From Eledone cirrhosa (taxonomy: Eukaryota), in NCBI GenBank assembly GCA_964016885.1, contig OZ024740.1, positions 353,152,001 to 353,216,000 on the forward strand: a DNA stretch of 64,000 nt, read 5' to 3'. Position 1 is the first letter of the stretch; each line of letters opens with the position of its first letter. Below are positions 32,401 to 47,400 of the stretch, piece by piece. The notes beneath the pieces were generated by a model that saw nothing but the letters and a program-made list of their open reading frames with translations, was not told the origin of the DNA and searched no databases. Both the position numbers and the translations under genes were made by a program.

Positions 32401-35400
32401 GTCTTTATCTCTGCCTGTCTTCATCTCTGCCTGTCTTTATCTCTGCCTGTCTTTATCTCTGCCTGTCTTTATCTCTGCCTGTCTTTATCTCTGTCTGTCT
32501 TTATCTCTGTCTGTCTTTATCTGTGTCTGTCTTTATCTCTGTCTGTCTTTATCTCTGTCTGTCTTTATCTCAGTCTGTCTTTATCTCTGTCTGTCTTTAT
32601 CTCTGCCTGTCTTCATCTCTGCCTGTCTTTATCTCTGCCTGTCTTTATCTCTGTCTGTCTTTATCTGTGTCTGTCTTTATCTCTGCCTGTCTTCATCTCT
32701 GTCTGTCTTTATCTGTGTCTGTCTTTATCTCTGTCTGTCTTTATTTCTGCCTATCTTTATCTCTGTCTGTCTTTATCTCTGCCTGTCTTTATCTCTGTCT
32801 GTCTTTATCTCTGTCTGTCTTTATCTCTGCCTGTCTTTATCTCTGCCTGTCTTTATCTCTGTCTGTCTTTATCTCTGCCTGTCTTTATCTCTGCCTGTCT
32901 TTATCTCTGTCTGTCTTTATCTCTGTCTGTCTTTATCTCTGTCTGTCTTTATTTCTGTCTGTCTTTATCTCTGTCTGTCTTTATCTCTGTGTGTCTTTAT
33001 CTCTGTCTGTCTTTATCTCTGTCTGTCTTTATCTCTGTCTGTCTTTATCTCTGTCTGTCTTTATCTCTGCCTGTCTTTATCTCTGTCTGTCTTTATCTCT
33101 GTCTGTCTTTATCTCTGCCTGTCTTTATCTCTGCCTGTCTTTATCTCTGTCCGTCTTTATCTCTGCCTGTCTTTATCTCTGCCTGTCTTTATCTCTGTCT
33201 GTCTTTATCTCTGTCTGTCTTTATCTCTGTCTGTCTTTATCTCTGTCTGTCTTTATCTCTGTCTGTCTTTATCTCTGTCTGTCTTTATCTCTGTCTGTCT
33301 TTATCTCTGTCTTTATATCTGCCTGTCTTTATCTCTGTCTGTCTTTATCTCTGTCTGTCTTTATCTCTGCCTGTCTTTATCTCTGCCTGTCTTTATCTCT
33401 GTCTGTCTTTATCTCTGTCTGTCTTTATCTCTGCCTGTCTTTATCTCTGTCTGTCTTTATCTCTGCCTGTCTTTATCTCTGTCTGTCTTTATCTCTGTCT
33501 GTCTTTATCTCTGCCTGTCTTTATCTCTGCCTGTCTTTATCTCTGTCTGTCTTTATCTCTGCCTGTCTTTATCTCTGTCTGTCTTTATCTCTGTCTGTCT
33601 TTATCTCTGTCTGTCTTTATCTCTGTCTGTCTTTATCTCTGCCTGTCTTTATCTCTGTCTGTCTTTATCTGTGTCTGTCTTTATCTCTGTCTGTCTTTAT
33701 CTCTGCCTGTCTTTATCTCTGCCTGTCTTTATCTCTGCCTGTCTTTATCTCTGCTTGTCTTTATCTCTGTCTGTCTTTATCTCTGCCTGTCTTCATCTCT
33801 GCCTGTCTTTATCTCTGCCTGTCTTTATCTCTGTCTGTCTTTATCTCTGCCTGTCTTTATCTCTGTCTGTCTTTATCTCTGTCTGTCTTTATCTCTGTCT
33901 GTCTTTATCTCTGTCTGTCTTTATCTCTGCCTGTCTTTATCTCTGTCTGTCTTTATCTCTGCCTATCTTTATCTCTGTCTGTCTGTATCTCTGCCTGTCT
34001 TTATCTCTGCCTGTCTTTATCTCTGTCTGTCTTTATCTCTGCCTGTCTTCATCTCTGTCTGTCTTTATCTGTGTCTGTCTTTATCTCTGTCTGTCTTTAT
34101 TTCTGCCTATCTTTATCTCTGTCTGTCTTTATCTCTGCCTGTCTTTATCTCTGTCTGTCTTTATCTCTGTCTGTCTTTATCTCTGCCTGTCTTTATCTCT
34201 GCCTGTCTTTATCTCTGTCTGTCTTTATCTCTGTCTGTCTTTATCTCTGTCTGTCTTTATCTCTGTCTGTCTTTATTTCTGTCTGCCTTTATCTCTGTCT
34301 GTCTTTATCTCTGTGTGTCTTTATCTCTGTCTGTCTTTATCTCTGTCTGTCTTTATCTCTGTCTGTCTTTATCTCTGTCTGTCTTTATCTCTGCCTGTCT
34401 TTATCTCTGTCTGTCTTTATCTCTGTCTGTCTTTATCTCTGCCTGTCTTTATCTCTGCCTGTCTTTATCTCTGTCCGTCTTTATCTCTGCCTGTCTTTAT
34501 CTCTGCCTGTCTTTATCTCTGTCTGTCTTTATCTCTGTCTGTCTTTATCTCTGTCTGTCTTTATCTCTGTCTGTCTTTATCTCTGTCTGTCTTTATCTCT
34601 GTCTGTCTTTATCTCTGTCTGTCTTTATCTCTGTCTTTATATCTGCCTGTCTTTATCTCTGTCTGTCTTTATCTCTGTCTGTCTTTATCTCTGCCTGTCT
34701 TTATCTCTGCCTGTCTTTATCTCTGTCTGTCTTTATCTGTGTCTGTCTTTATCTCTGTCTGTCTTTATCTGTGTCTGTCTTTATCTCTGTCTGTCTTTAT
34801 CTCTGTCTTTATCTCTGCCTGTCTTTATCTCTGCCTGTCTTTATCTCTGCCTGTCTTTATCTCTGTCTGTCTTTATCTCTGTCTGTCTTTATCTGTGTCT
34901 GTCTTTATCTCTGCCTGTCTTTATCTCTGTCTGTCTTTATCTCTGCCTGTCTTTATCTCTGTCTGTCTTTATCTGTGTCTGTCTTTATCTCTGTCTGTCT
35001 TTATCTCTGCCTGTCTTTATCTCTGTCTGTCTTTATCTCTGCCTGTCTTTATCTCTGTCTGTCTTTATCTCTGCCTGTCTTCATCTCTGCCTGTCTTCAT
35101 CTCTGCCTGTCTTTATCTCTGCCTGTCTTTATCTCTGTCTGTCTTTATCTCTGCCTGTCTTTATCTCTGCTTGTCTTTATCTGTGTCTGGCTTTATCTCT
35201 GTCTGTCTTTATCTCTGCCTGTCTTTATCTGTGTCTGGCTTTATCTCTGTCTGTCTTTATCTCTGTCTGTCTTTATCTCTGTCTGGCTTTATCTCTGCCT
35301 GTCTTTATCTCTGCCTGTCTTTATCTCTGTCTGTCTTTATCTCTGCCTGTCTTTATCTCTGCTTGTCTTTATCTGTGTCTGGCTTTATCTCTGTCTGTCT

Positions 35401-38400
35401 TTATCTCTGTCTGTCTTTATCTCTGTCTGTCTTTATCTCTGTCTGTCTTTATCTCTGTCTGTCTTTATCTCTGTTTGTCTTTATCTTTGCCTGTCTTTAT
35501 CTCTGTCTGTCTTTATCTCTGCCTGTCTTTATCTCTGTCTGTCTTTATCTGTGTCTGTCTTTATCTCTGTCTGTCTTTATCTCTGCCTGTCTTTATCTGT
35601 GTCTGTCTTTATCTCTGCCTGTCTTTATCTCTGCCTGTCTTTATCTCTGCTTGTCTTTATCTCTGTCTGTCTTTATCTCTGTCTGTCTTTATCTCTGCCT
35701 GTCTTTATCTCTGCCTGTCTTTATCTCTGCCTGTCTTTATCTCTGTCTGTCTTTATCTCTGCCTGTCTTTATCTCTGCCTGTCTTTATCTCTGTCTGTCT
35801 TTATTTGTGTCTGTCTTTATCTCTGTCTGTCTTTATCTCTGCCTATCTTTATCTCTGTCTGTCTGTATCTCTGCCTGTCTTTATCTCTGCCTGTCTTTAT
35901 CTCTGTCTGTCTTTATCTCTGCCTGTCTTCATCTCTGCCTGTCTTTATCTCTGCCTGTCTTTATCTCTGCCTGTCTTTATCTCTGCCTGTCTTTATCTCT
36001 GTCTGTCTTTATCTCTGCCTGTCTTTATCTCTGTCTGTCTTTATCTCTGCCTGTCTTTATCTGTGTCTGGCTTTATCTCTGTCTGTCTTTATCTCTGCCT
36101 GTCTTTATCTCTGCCTGTCTTTATCTCTGTCTGTCTTTATCTCTGCCTGTCTTCATCTCTGCCTGTCTTTATCTCTGCCTGTCTTTATCTCTGTCTGTCT
36201 TTATCTCTGCCTGTCTTTATCTCTGTCTGTCTTTATCTCTGCCTGTCTTTATCTCTGCCTGTCTTTATCTCTGTCTGTCTTTATTTGTGTCTGTCTTTAT
36301 CTCTGTCTGTCTTTATCTCTGCCTATCTTTATCTCTGTCTGTCTGTATCTCTGCCTGTCTTTATCTCTGCCTGTCTTTATCTCTGTCTGTCTTTATCTCT
36401 GCCTGTCTTCATCTCTGCCTGTCTTTATCTCTGCCTGTCTTTATCTCTGCCTGTCTTTATCTCTGCCTGTCTTTATCTCTGTCTGTCTTTATCTCTGCCT
36501 GTCTTTATCTCTGTCTGTCTTTATCTCTGCCTGTCTTTATCTGTGTCTGGCTTTATCTCTGTCTGTCTTTATCTCTGCCTGTCTTTATCTCTGCCTGTCT
36601 TTATCTCTGTCTGTCTTTATCTCTGCCTGTCTTCATCTCTGTCTGTCTTTATCTCTGCCTGTCTTTATCTCTGTCTGTCTTTATCTCTGCCTGTCTTTAT
36701 CTCTGCCTGTCTTTATCTCTGTCTGTCTTTATCTCTGCCTGTCTTTATCTCTGTCTGTCTTTATCTCTGTCTGTCTTTATCTCTGCCTGTCTTTATCTCT
36801 GTCTGTCTTTATCTCTGTCTGTCTTTATCTCTGTCTGTCTTTATCTCTGTCTGTCTTTATCTCTGTCTGTCTTTATCTCTGCCTGTCTTTATCTCTGTCT
36901 GTCTTTATCTCTGTCTGTCTTTATCTCTGTCTGTCTTTATCTCTGCCTGTCTTTATCTCTGTCTGTCTTTATCTCTGTCTGTCTTTATCTCTGCCTGTCT
37001 TTATCTCTGTCTGTCTTTATCTCTGTCTGTCTTTATCTCTGTCTGTCTTTATCTCTGTCTGTCTTTATCTCTGCCTGTCTTTATCTCTGTCTGTCTTTAT
37101 CTCTGTCTGTCTTTATCTCTGTCTGTCTTTATCTCTGCCTGTCTTTATCTCTGTCTGTCTTTATCTCTGTCTGTCTTTATCTCTGCCTGTCTTTATCTCT
37201 GTCTGTCTTTATCTCTGTCTGTCTTTATCTCTGTCTGTCTTTATCTCTGTCTGTCTTTATCTCTGTCTGTCTTTATCTCTGTCTGTCTTTATCTCTGCCT
37301 GTCTTTATTTGTGTCTGTCTTTATCTCTGCCTGTCTTTATCTCTGTCTGTCTTTATCTCTGCCTGTCTTTATTTGTGTCTGTCTTTATCTCTGTCTGTCT
37401 TTATCTCTGCCTATCTTTATCTCTGTCTGTCTGTATCTCTGCCTGTCTTTATCTCTGCCTGTCTTTATCTCTGTCTGTCTTTATCTCTGCCTGTCTTTAT
37501 CTCTGTCTGTCTTTATCTCTGCCTGTCTTTATCTCTGCCTGTCTTTATCTCTGTCTGTCTTTATCTCTGTCTGTCTTTATCTCTGCCTGTCTTCATCTCT
37601 GCCTGTCTTTATCTCTGCCTGTCTTTATCTCTGCCTGTCTTTATCTCTGCCTGTCTTTATCTCTGTCTGTCTTTATCTCTGCCTGTCTTTATCTCTGTCT
37701 GTCTTTATCTCTGCCTGTCTTTATCTGTGTCTGGCTTTATCTCTGTCTGTCTTTATCTCTGCCTGTCTTTATCTCTGCCTGTCTTTATCTCTGTCTGTCT
37801 TTATCTCTGCCTGTCTTCATCTCTGCCTGTCTTTATCTCTGCCTGTCTTTATCTCTGTCTGTCTTTATCTCTGCCTGTCTTTATCTCTGTCTGTCTTTAT
37901 CTCTGCCTGTCTTTATCTCTGCCTGTCTTTATCTCTGTCTGTCTTTATTTGTGTCTGTCTTTATCTCTGTCTGTCTTTATCTCTGCCTATCTTTATCTCT
38001 GTCTGTCTGTATCTCTGCCTGTCTTTATCTCTGCCTGTCTTTATCTCTGTCTGTCTTTATCTCTGCCTGTCTTCATCTCTGCCTGTCTTTATCTCTGCCT
38101 GTCTTTATCTCTGCCTGTCTTTATCTCTGCCTGTCTTTATCTCTGTCTGTCTTTATCTCTGTCGGTCTTTATCTCTGCCTGTCTTTATCTCTGCCTGTCT
38201 TTATCTCTGTCTGTCTTTATCTCTGCCTGTCTTTATCTCTGTCTGTCTTTATCTCTGCCTGTCTTTATCTCTGTCTGTCTTTATCTCTGCCTGTCTTTAT
38301 CTCTGTCTGTCTTTATCTCTGCCTGTCTTTATCTCTGTCTGTCTTTATCTCTGTCTGTCTTTATCTCTGCTTGTCTTTATCTCTGTCTGTCTTTATCTCT

Positions 38401-41400
38401 GCCTGTCTTTATCTCTGTCTGTCTTTATCTCTGTCTGTCTTTATCTCTGTCTGTCTTTATCTCTGCCTGTCTTTATCTCTGCCTGTCTTTATCTCTACCT
38501 CTCTTTATCTCTGCCTCTCTTTATCTCTGTCTGTCTTTATCTCTGTCTGTCTTTATCTCTGTCTGTCTTCATCTCTGTCTGTCTTTATCTCTGCCTGTCT
38601 TTATCTCTGCCTGTCTTTATCTCTGCCTGTCTTTATCTCTGTCTGTCTTTATCTCTGTCTGTCTTTATCTCTGCCTGTCTTTATCTCTGTCTGTCTTTAT
38701 CTCTGCCTGTCTTTATCTCTGTCTGTCTTTATCTCTGCCTGTCTTTATCTCTGTCTGTCTTTATCTCTGTCTGTCTTTATCTCTGCCTGTCTTTATCTCT
38801 GCTTGTCTTTATCTCTGTCTGTCTTTATCTCTGCCTGTCTTTATCTCTGTCTGTCTTTATCTCTGTCTGTCTTTATCTCTGTCTGTCTTTATCTCTGTCT
38901 GTCTTTATCTCTGCCTGTCTTTATCTCTGTCTGTCTTTATCTGTGTCTGTCTTTATTTCTGTCTGTCTTTATCTCTGCCTGTCTTTATCTCTGCCTGTCT
39001 TTATCTCTGCCTGTCTTTATCTCTGCTTGTCTTTATCTCTGTCTGTCTTTATCTCTGCCTGTCTTCATCTCTGCCTGTCTTTATCTCTGCCTGTCTTTAT
39101 CTCTGCCTGTCTTTATCTCTGCCTGTCTTTATCTCTGTCTGTCTTTATCTCTGTCTGTCTTTATCTGTGTCTGTCTTTATCTCTGTCTGTCTTTATCTCT
39201 GTCTGTCTTTATCTCAGTCTGTCTTTATCTCTGTCTGTCTTTATCTCTGCCTGTCTTCATCTCTGCCTGTCTTTATCTCTGCCTGTCTTTATCTCTGTCT
39301 GTCTTTATCTGTGTCTGTCTTTATCTCTGCCTGTCTTCATCTCTGTCTGTCTTTATCTGTGTCTGTCTTTATCTCTGTCTGTCTTTATTTCTGCCTATCT
39401 TTATCTCTGTCTGTCTTTATCTCTGCCTGTCTTTATCTCTGTCTGTCTTTATCTCTGTCTGTCTTTATCTCTGCCTGTCTTTATCTCTGCCTGTCTTTAT
39501 CTCTGTCTGTCTTTATCTCTGCCTGTCTTTATCTCTGCCTGTCTTTATCTCTGTCTGTCTTTATCTCTGTCTGTCTTTATCTCTGTCTGTCTTTATTTCT
39601 GTCTGTCTTTATCTCTGTCTGTCTTTATCTCTGTGTGTCTTTATCTCTGTCTGTCTTTATCTCTGTCTGTCTTTATCTCTGTCTGTCTTTATCTCTGTCT
39701 GTCTTTATCTCTGCCTGTCTTTATCTCTGTCTGTCTTTATCTCTGTCTGTCTTTATCTCTGCCTGTCTTTATCTCTGCCTGTCTTTATCTCTGTCCGTCT
39801 TTATCTCTGCCTGTCTTTATCTCTGCCTGTCTTTATCTCTGTCTGTCTTTATCTCTGTCTGTCTTTATCTCTGTCTGTCTTTATCTCTGTCTGTCTTTAT
39901 CTCTGTCTGTCTTTATCTCTGTCTGTCTTTATCTCTGTCTGTCTTTATCTCTGTCTTTATATCTGCCTGTCTTTATCTCTGTCTGTCTTTATCTCTGTCT
40001 GTCTTTATCTCTGCCTGTCTTTATCTCTGCCTGTCTTTATCTCTGTCTGTCTTTATCTCTGTCTGTCTTTATCTCTGCCTGTCTTTATCTCTGTCTGTCT
40101 TTACCTCTGCCTGTCTTTATCTCTGTCTGTCTTTATCTCTGCCTGTCTTTATCTCTGTCTGTCTTTATCTCTGTCTGTCTTTATCTCTGCCTGTCTTTAT
40201 CTCTGCCTGTCTTTATCTCTGTCTGTCTTTATCTCTGCCTGTCTTTATCTCTGTCTGTCTTTATCTCTGTCTGTCTTTATCTCTGTCTGTCTTTATCTCT
40301 GTCTGTCTTTATCTCTGCCTGTCTTTATCTCTGTCTGTCTTTATCTGTGTCTGTCTTTATCTCTGTCTGTCTTTATCTCTGCCTGTCTTTATCTCTGCCT
40401 GTCTTTATCTCTGCCTGTCTTTATCTCTGCTTGTCTTTATCTCTGTCTGTCTTTATCTCTGCCTGTCTTCATCTCTGCCTGTCTTTATCTCTGCCTGTCT
40501 TTATCTCTGTCTGTCTTTATCTCTGCCTGTCTTTATCTCTGTCTGTCTTTATCTCTGTCTGTCTTTATCTCTGTCTGTCTTTATCTCTGTCTGTCTTTAT
40601 CTCTGCCTGTCTTTATCTCTGTCTGTCTTTATCTCTGCCTATCTTTATCTCTGTCTGTCTGTATCTCTGCCTGTCTTTATCTCTGCCTGTCTTTATCTCT
40701 GTCTGTCTTTATCTCTGCCTGTCTTCATCTCTGTCTGTCTTTATCTGTGTCTGTCTTTATCTCTGTCTGTCTTTATTTCTGCCTATCTTTATCTCTGTCT
40801 GTCTTTATCTCTGCCTGTCTTTATCTCTGTCTGTCTTTATCTCTGTCTGTCTTTATCTCTGCCTGTCTTTATCTCTGCCTGTCTTTATCTCTGTCTGTCT
40901 TTATCTCTGTCTGTCTTTATCTCTGTCTGTCTTTATCTCTGTCTGTCTTTATTTCTGTCTGCCTTTATCTCTGTCTGTCTTTATCTCTGTGTGTCTTTAT
41001 CTCTGTCTGTCTTTATCTCTGTCTGTCTTTATCTCTGTCTGTCTTTATCTCTGTCTGTCTTTATCTCTGCCTGTCTTTATCTCTGTCTGTCTTTATCTCT
41101 GTCTGTCTTTATCTCTGCCTGTCTTTATCTCTGCCTGTCTTTATCTCTGTCCGTCTTTATCTCTGCCTGTCTTTATCTCTGCCTGTCTTTATCTCTGTCT
41201 GTCTTTATCTCTGTCTGTCTTTATCTCTGTCTGTCTTTATCTCTGTCTGTCTTTATCTCTGTCTGTCTTTATCTCTGTCTGTCTTTATCTCTGTCTGTCT
41301 TTATCTCTGTCTTTATATCTGCCTGTCTTTATCTCTGTCTGTCTTTATCTCTGTCTGTCTTTATCTCTGCCTGTCTTTATCTCTGCCTGTCTTTATCTCT

Positions 41401-44400
41401 GTCTGTCTTTATCTGTGTCTGTCTTTATCTCTGTCTGTCTTTATCTGTGTCTGTCTTTATCTCTGTCTGTCTTTATCTCTGTCTTTATCTCTGCCTGTCT
41501 TTATCTCTGCCTGTCTTTATCTCTGCCTGTCTTTATCTCTGTCTGTCTTTATCTCTGTCTGTCTTTATCTGTGTCTGTCTTTATCTCTGCCTGTCTTTAT
41601 CTCTGTCTGTCTTTATCTCTGCCTGTCTTTATCTCTGTCTGTCTTTATCTGTGTCTGTCTTTATCTCTGTCTGTCTTTATCTCTGCCTGTCTTTATCTCT
41701 GTCTGTCTTTATCTCTGCCTGTCTTTATCTCTGTCTGTCTTTATCTCTGCCTGTCTTCATCTCTGCCTGTCTTCATCTCTGCCTGTCTTTATCTCTGCCT
41801 GTCTTTATCTCTGTCTGTCTTTATCTCTGCCTGTCTTTATCTCTGCTTGTCTTTATCTGTGTCTGGCTTTATCTCTGTCTGTCTTTATCTCTGCCTGTCT
41901 TTATCTGTGTCTGGCTTTATCTCTGTCTGTCTTTATCTCTGTCTGTCTTTATCTCTGTCTGGCTTTATCTCTGCCTGTCTTTATCTCTGCCTGTCTTTAT
42001 CTCTGTCTGTCTTTATCTCTGCCTGTCTTTATCTCTGCTTGTCTTTATCTGTGTCTGGCTTTATCTCTGTCTGTCTTTATCTCTGTCTGTCTTTATCTCT
42101 GTCTGTCTTTATCTCTGTCTGTCTTTATCTCTGTCTGTCTTTATCTCTGTTTGTCTTTATCTTTGCCTGTCTTTATCTCTGTCTGTCTTTATCTCTGCCT
42201 GTCTTTATCTCTGTCTGTCTTTATCTGTGTCTGTCTTTATCTCTGTCTGTCTTTATCTCTGCCTGTCTTTATCTGTGTCTGTCTTTATCTCTGCCTGTCT
42301 TTATCTCTGCCTGTCTTTATCTCTGCTTGTCTTTATCTCTGTCTGTCTTTATCTCTGTCTGTCTTTATCTCTGCCTGTCTTTATCTCTGCCTGTCTTTAT
42401 CTCTGCCTGTCTTTATCTCTGTCTGTCTTTATCTCTGCCTGTCTTTATCTCTGCCTGTCTTTATCTCTGTCTGTCTTTATTTGTGTCTGTCTTTATCTCT
42501 GTCTGTCTTTATCTCTGCCTATCTTTATCTCTGTCTGTCTGTATCTCTGCCTGTCTTTATCTCTGCCTGTCTTTATCTCTGTCTGTCTTTATCTCTGCCT
42601 GTCTTCATCTCTGCCTGTCTTTATCTCTGCCTGTCTTTATCTCTGCCTGTCTTTATCTCTGCCTGTCTTTATCTCTGTCTGTCTTTATCTCTGCCTGTCT
42701 TTATCTCTGTCTGTCTTTATCTCTGCCTGTCTTTATCTGTGTCTGGCTTTATCTCTGTCTGTCTTTATCTCTGCCTGTCTTTATCTCTGCCTGTCTTTAT
42801 CTCTGTCTGTCTTTATCTCTGCCTGTCTTCATCTCTGCCTGTCTTTATCTCTGCCTGTCTTTATCTCTGTCTGTCTTTATCTCTGCCTGTCTTTATCTCT
42901 GTCTGTCTTTATCTCTGCCTGTCTTTATCTCTGCCTGTCTTTATCTCTGTCTGTCTTTATTTGTGTCTGTCTTTATCTCTGTCTGTCTTTATCTCTGCCT
43001 ATCTTTATCTCTGTCTGTCTGTATCTCTGCCTGTCTTTATCTCTGCCTGTCTTTATCTCTGTCTGTCTTTATCTCTGCCTGTCTTCATCTCTGCCTGTCT
43101 TTATCTCTGCCTGTCTTTATCTCTGCCTGTCTTTATCTCTGCCTGTCTTTATCTCTGTCTGTCTTTATCTCTGCCTGTCTTTATCTCTGTCTGTCTTTAT
43201 CTCTGCCTGTCTTTATCTGTGTCTGGCTTTATCTCTGTCTGTCTTTATCTCTGCCTGTCTTTATCTCTGCCTGTCTTTATCTCTGTCTGTCTTTATCTCT
43301 GCCTGTCTTCATCTCTGTCTGTCTTTATCTCTGCCTGTCTTTATCTCTGTCTGTCTTTATCTCTGCCTGTCTTTATCTCTGCCTGTCTTTATCTCTGTCT
43401 GTCTTTATCTCTGCCTGTCTTTATCTCTGTCTGTCTTTATCTCTGTCTGTCTTTATCTCTGCCTGTCTTTATCTCTGTCTGTCTTTATCTCTGTCTGTCT
43501 TTATCTCTGTCTGTCTTTATCTCTGTCTGTCTTTATCTCTGTCTGTCTTTATCTCTGCCTGTCTTTATCTCTGTCTGTCTTTATCTCTGTCTGTCTTTAT
43601 CTCTGTCTGTCTTTATCTCTGCCTGTCTTTATCTCTGTCTGTCTTTATCTCTGTCTGTCTTTATCTCTGCCTGTCTTTATCTCTGTCTGTCTTTATCTCT
43701 GTCTGTCTTTATCTCTGTCTGTCTTTATCTCTGTCTGTCTTTATCTCTGCCTGTCTTTATCTCTGTCTGTCTTTATCTCTGTCTGTCTTTATCTCTGTCT
43801 GTCTTTATCTCTGCCTGTCTTTATCTCTGTCTGTCTTTATCTCTGTCTGTCTTTATCTCTGCCTGTCTTTATCTCTGTCTGTCTTTATCTCTGTCTGTCT
43901 TTATCTCTGTCTGTCTTTATCTCTGTCTGTCTTTATCTCTGTCTGTCTTTATCTCTGTCTGTCTTTATCTCTGCCTGTCTTTATTTGTGTCTGTCTTTAT
44001 CTCTGCCTGTCTTTATCTCTGTCTGTCTTTATCTCTGCCTGTCTTTATTTGTGTCTGTCTTTATCTCTGTCTGTCTTTATCTCTGCCTATCTTTATCTCT
44101 GTCTGTCTGTATCTCTGCCTGTCTTTATCTCTGCCTGTCTTTATCTCTGTCTGTCTTTATCTCTGCCTGTCTTTATCTCTGTCTGTCTTTATCTCTGCCT
44201 GTCTTTATCTCTGCCTGTCTTTATCTCTGTCTGTCTTTATCTCTGTCTGTCTTTATCTCTGCCTGTCTTCATCTCTGCCTGTCTTTATCTCTGCCTGTCT
44301 TTATCTCTGCCTGTCTTTATCTCTGCCTGTCTTTATCTCTGTCTGTCTTTATCTCTGCCTGTCTTTATCTCTGTCTGTCTTTATCTCTGCCTGTCTTTAT

Positions 44401-47400
44401 CTGTGTCTGGCTTTATCTCTGTCTGTCTTTATCTCTGCCTGTCTTTATCTCTGCCTGTCTTTATCTCTGTCTGTCTTTATCTCTGCCTGTCTTCATCTCT
44501 GCCTGTCTTTATCTCTGCCTGTCTTTATCTCTGTCTGTCTTTATCTCTGCCTGTCTTTATCTCTGTCTGTCTTTATCTCTGCCTGTCTTTATCTCTGCCT
44601 GTCTTTATCTCTGTCTGTCTTTATTTGTGTCTGTCTTTATCTCTGTCTGTCTTTATCTCTGCCTATCTTTATCTCTGTCTGTCTGTATCTCTGCCTGTCT
44701 TTATCTCTGCCTGTCTTTATCTCTGTCTGTCTTTATCTCTGCCTGTCTTCATCTCTGCCTGTCTTTATCTCTGCCTGTCTTTATCTCTGCCTGTCTTTAT
44801 CTCTGCCTGTCTTTATCTCTGTCTGTCTTTATCTCTGCCTGTCTTTATCTCTGTCTGTCTTTATCTCTGCCTGTCTTTATCTGTGTCTGGCTTTATCTCT
44901 GTCTGTCTTTATCTCTGCCTGTCTTTATCTCTGCCTGTCTTTATCTCTGTCTGTCTTTATCTCTGCCTGTCTTCATCTCTGCCTGTCTTTATCTCTGCCT
45001 GTCTTTATCTCTGTCTGTCTTTATCTCTGCCTGTCTTTATCTCTGTCTGTCTTTATCTCTGCCTGTCTTTATCTCTGTCTGTCTTTATCTCTGCCTGTCT
45101 TCATCTCTGCCTGTCTTTATCTCTGCCTGTCTTTATCTCTGTCTGTCTTTATCTCTGTCTGTCTTTATCTCTGCCTGTCTTCATCTCTGCCTGTCTTTAT
45201 CTCTGCCTGTCTTTATCTCTGTCTGTCTTTATCTCTGCCTGTCTTTATCTCTGCCTGTCTTTATCTCTGCCTGTCTTTATCTCTGTCTGTCTTTATCTCT
45301 GCCTGTCTTTATCTCTGTCTGTCTTTATCTCTGTCTGTCTTTATCTCTGCCTGTCTTCATCTCTGCCTGTCTTTATCTCTGTCTGTCTTTATCTCTGCCT
45401 GTCTTTATCTCTGTCTGTCTTTATCTCTGCCTGTCTTTATCTCTGTCTGTCTTTATCTCTGTCTGTCTTTATCTCTGCCTGTCTTCATCTCTGCCTGTCT
45501 TTATCTCTGTCTGTCTTTATCTCTGCCTGTCTTTATCTGTGTCTGGCTTTATCTCTGTCTGTCTTTATCTCTGCCTGTCTTTATCTCTGCCTGTCTTTAT
45601 CTCTGCCTGTCTTTATCTCTGTCTGTCTTTATCTCTGTCTGTCTTTATCTCTGCCTGTCTTCATCTCTGCCTGTCTTTATCTCTGTCTGTCTTTATCTCT
45701 GCCTGTCTTCATCTCTGCCTGTCTTTATCTCTGCCTGTCTTTATCTCTGTCTGTCTTTATCTCTGCCTGTCTTTATCTCTGTCTGTCTTTATCTCTGCCT
45801 GTCTTTATCTCTGTCTGTCTTTATCTCTGTCTGTCTTTATCTCTGCCTGTCTTTATCTCTGCCTGTCTTTATCTCTGTCTGTCTTTATCTCTGCCTGTCT
45901 TTATCTCTGTCTGTCTTTATATCTGCCTGTCTTTATCTCTGTCTGTCTTTATCTCTGTCTGTCTTTATCTCTGCCTGTCTTTATCTCTGCCTGTCTTTAT
46001 CTCTGTCTGTCTTTATCTGTGTCTGTCTTTATCTCTGTCTGTCTTTATCTGTGTCTGTCTTTATCTCTGTCTGTCTTTATCTCTGTCTTTATCTCTGCCT
46101 GTCTTTATCTCTGCCTGTCTTTATCTCTGCCTGTCTTTATCTCTGTCTGTCTTTATCTCTGCCTGTCTTTATCTCTGCCTGTCTTTATCTCTGTCTGTCT
46201 TTATCTCTGTCTGTCTTTATCTCTGTCTGTCTTTATTTCTGTCTGTCTTTATCTCTGTCTGTCTTTATCTCTGTGTGTCTTTATCTCTGTCTGTCTTTAT
46301 CTCTGTCTGTCTTTATCTCTGTCTGTCTTTATCTCTGTCTGTCTTTATCTCTGCCTGTCTTTATCTCTGTCTGTCTTTATCTCTGTCTGTCTTTATCTCT
46401 GCCTGTCTTTATCTCTGCCTGTCTTTATCTCTGTCCGTCTTTATCTCTGCCTGTCTTTATCTCTGCCTGTCTTTATCTCTGTCTGTCTTTATCTCTGTCT
46501 GTCTTTATCTCTGTCTGTCTTTATCTCTGTCTGTCTTTATCTCTGTCTGTCTTTATCTCTGTCTGTCTTTATCTCTGTCTGTCTTTATCTCTGTCTTTAT
46601 ATCTGCCTGTCTTTATCTCTGTCTGTCTTTATCTCTGTCTGTCTTTATCTCTGCCTGTCTTTATCTCTGCCTGTCTTTATCTCTGTCTGTCTTTATCTCT
46701 GTCTGTCTTTATCTCTGCCTGTCTTTATCTCTGTCTGTCTTTATCTCTGCCTGTCTTTATCTCTGTCTGTCTTTATCTCTGTCTGTCTTTATCTCTGCCT
46801 GTCTTTATCTCTGCCTGTCTTTATCTCTGTCTGTCTTTATCTCTGCCTGTCTTTATCTCTGTCTGTCTTTATCTCTGTCTGTCTTTATCTCTGTCTGTCT
46901 TTATCTCTGTCTGTCTTTATCTCTGCCTGTCTTTATCTCTGTCTGTCTTTATCTGTGTCTGTCTTTATCTCTGTCTGTCTTTATCTCTGCCTGTCTTTAT
47001 CTCTGCCTGTCTTTATCTCTGCCTGTCTTTATCTCTGCTTGTCTTTATCTCTGTCTGTCTTTATCTCTGCCTGTCTTCATCTCTGCCTGTCTTTATCTCT
47101 GCCTGTCTTTATCTCTGTCTGTCTTTATCTCTGCCTGTCTTTATCTCTGTCTGTCTTTATCTCTGTCTGTCTTTATCTCTGTCTGTCTTTATCTCTGTCT
47201 GTCTTTATCTCTGCCTGTCTTTATCTCTGTCTGTCTTTATCTCTGCCTATCTTTATCTCTGTCTGTCTGTATCTCTGCCTGTCTTTATCTCTGCCTGTCT
47301 TTATCTCTGTCTGTCTTTATCTCTGCCTGTCTTCATCTCTGTCTGTCTTTATCTGTGTCTGTCTTTATCTCTGTCTGTCTTTATTTCTGCCTATCTTTAT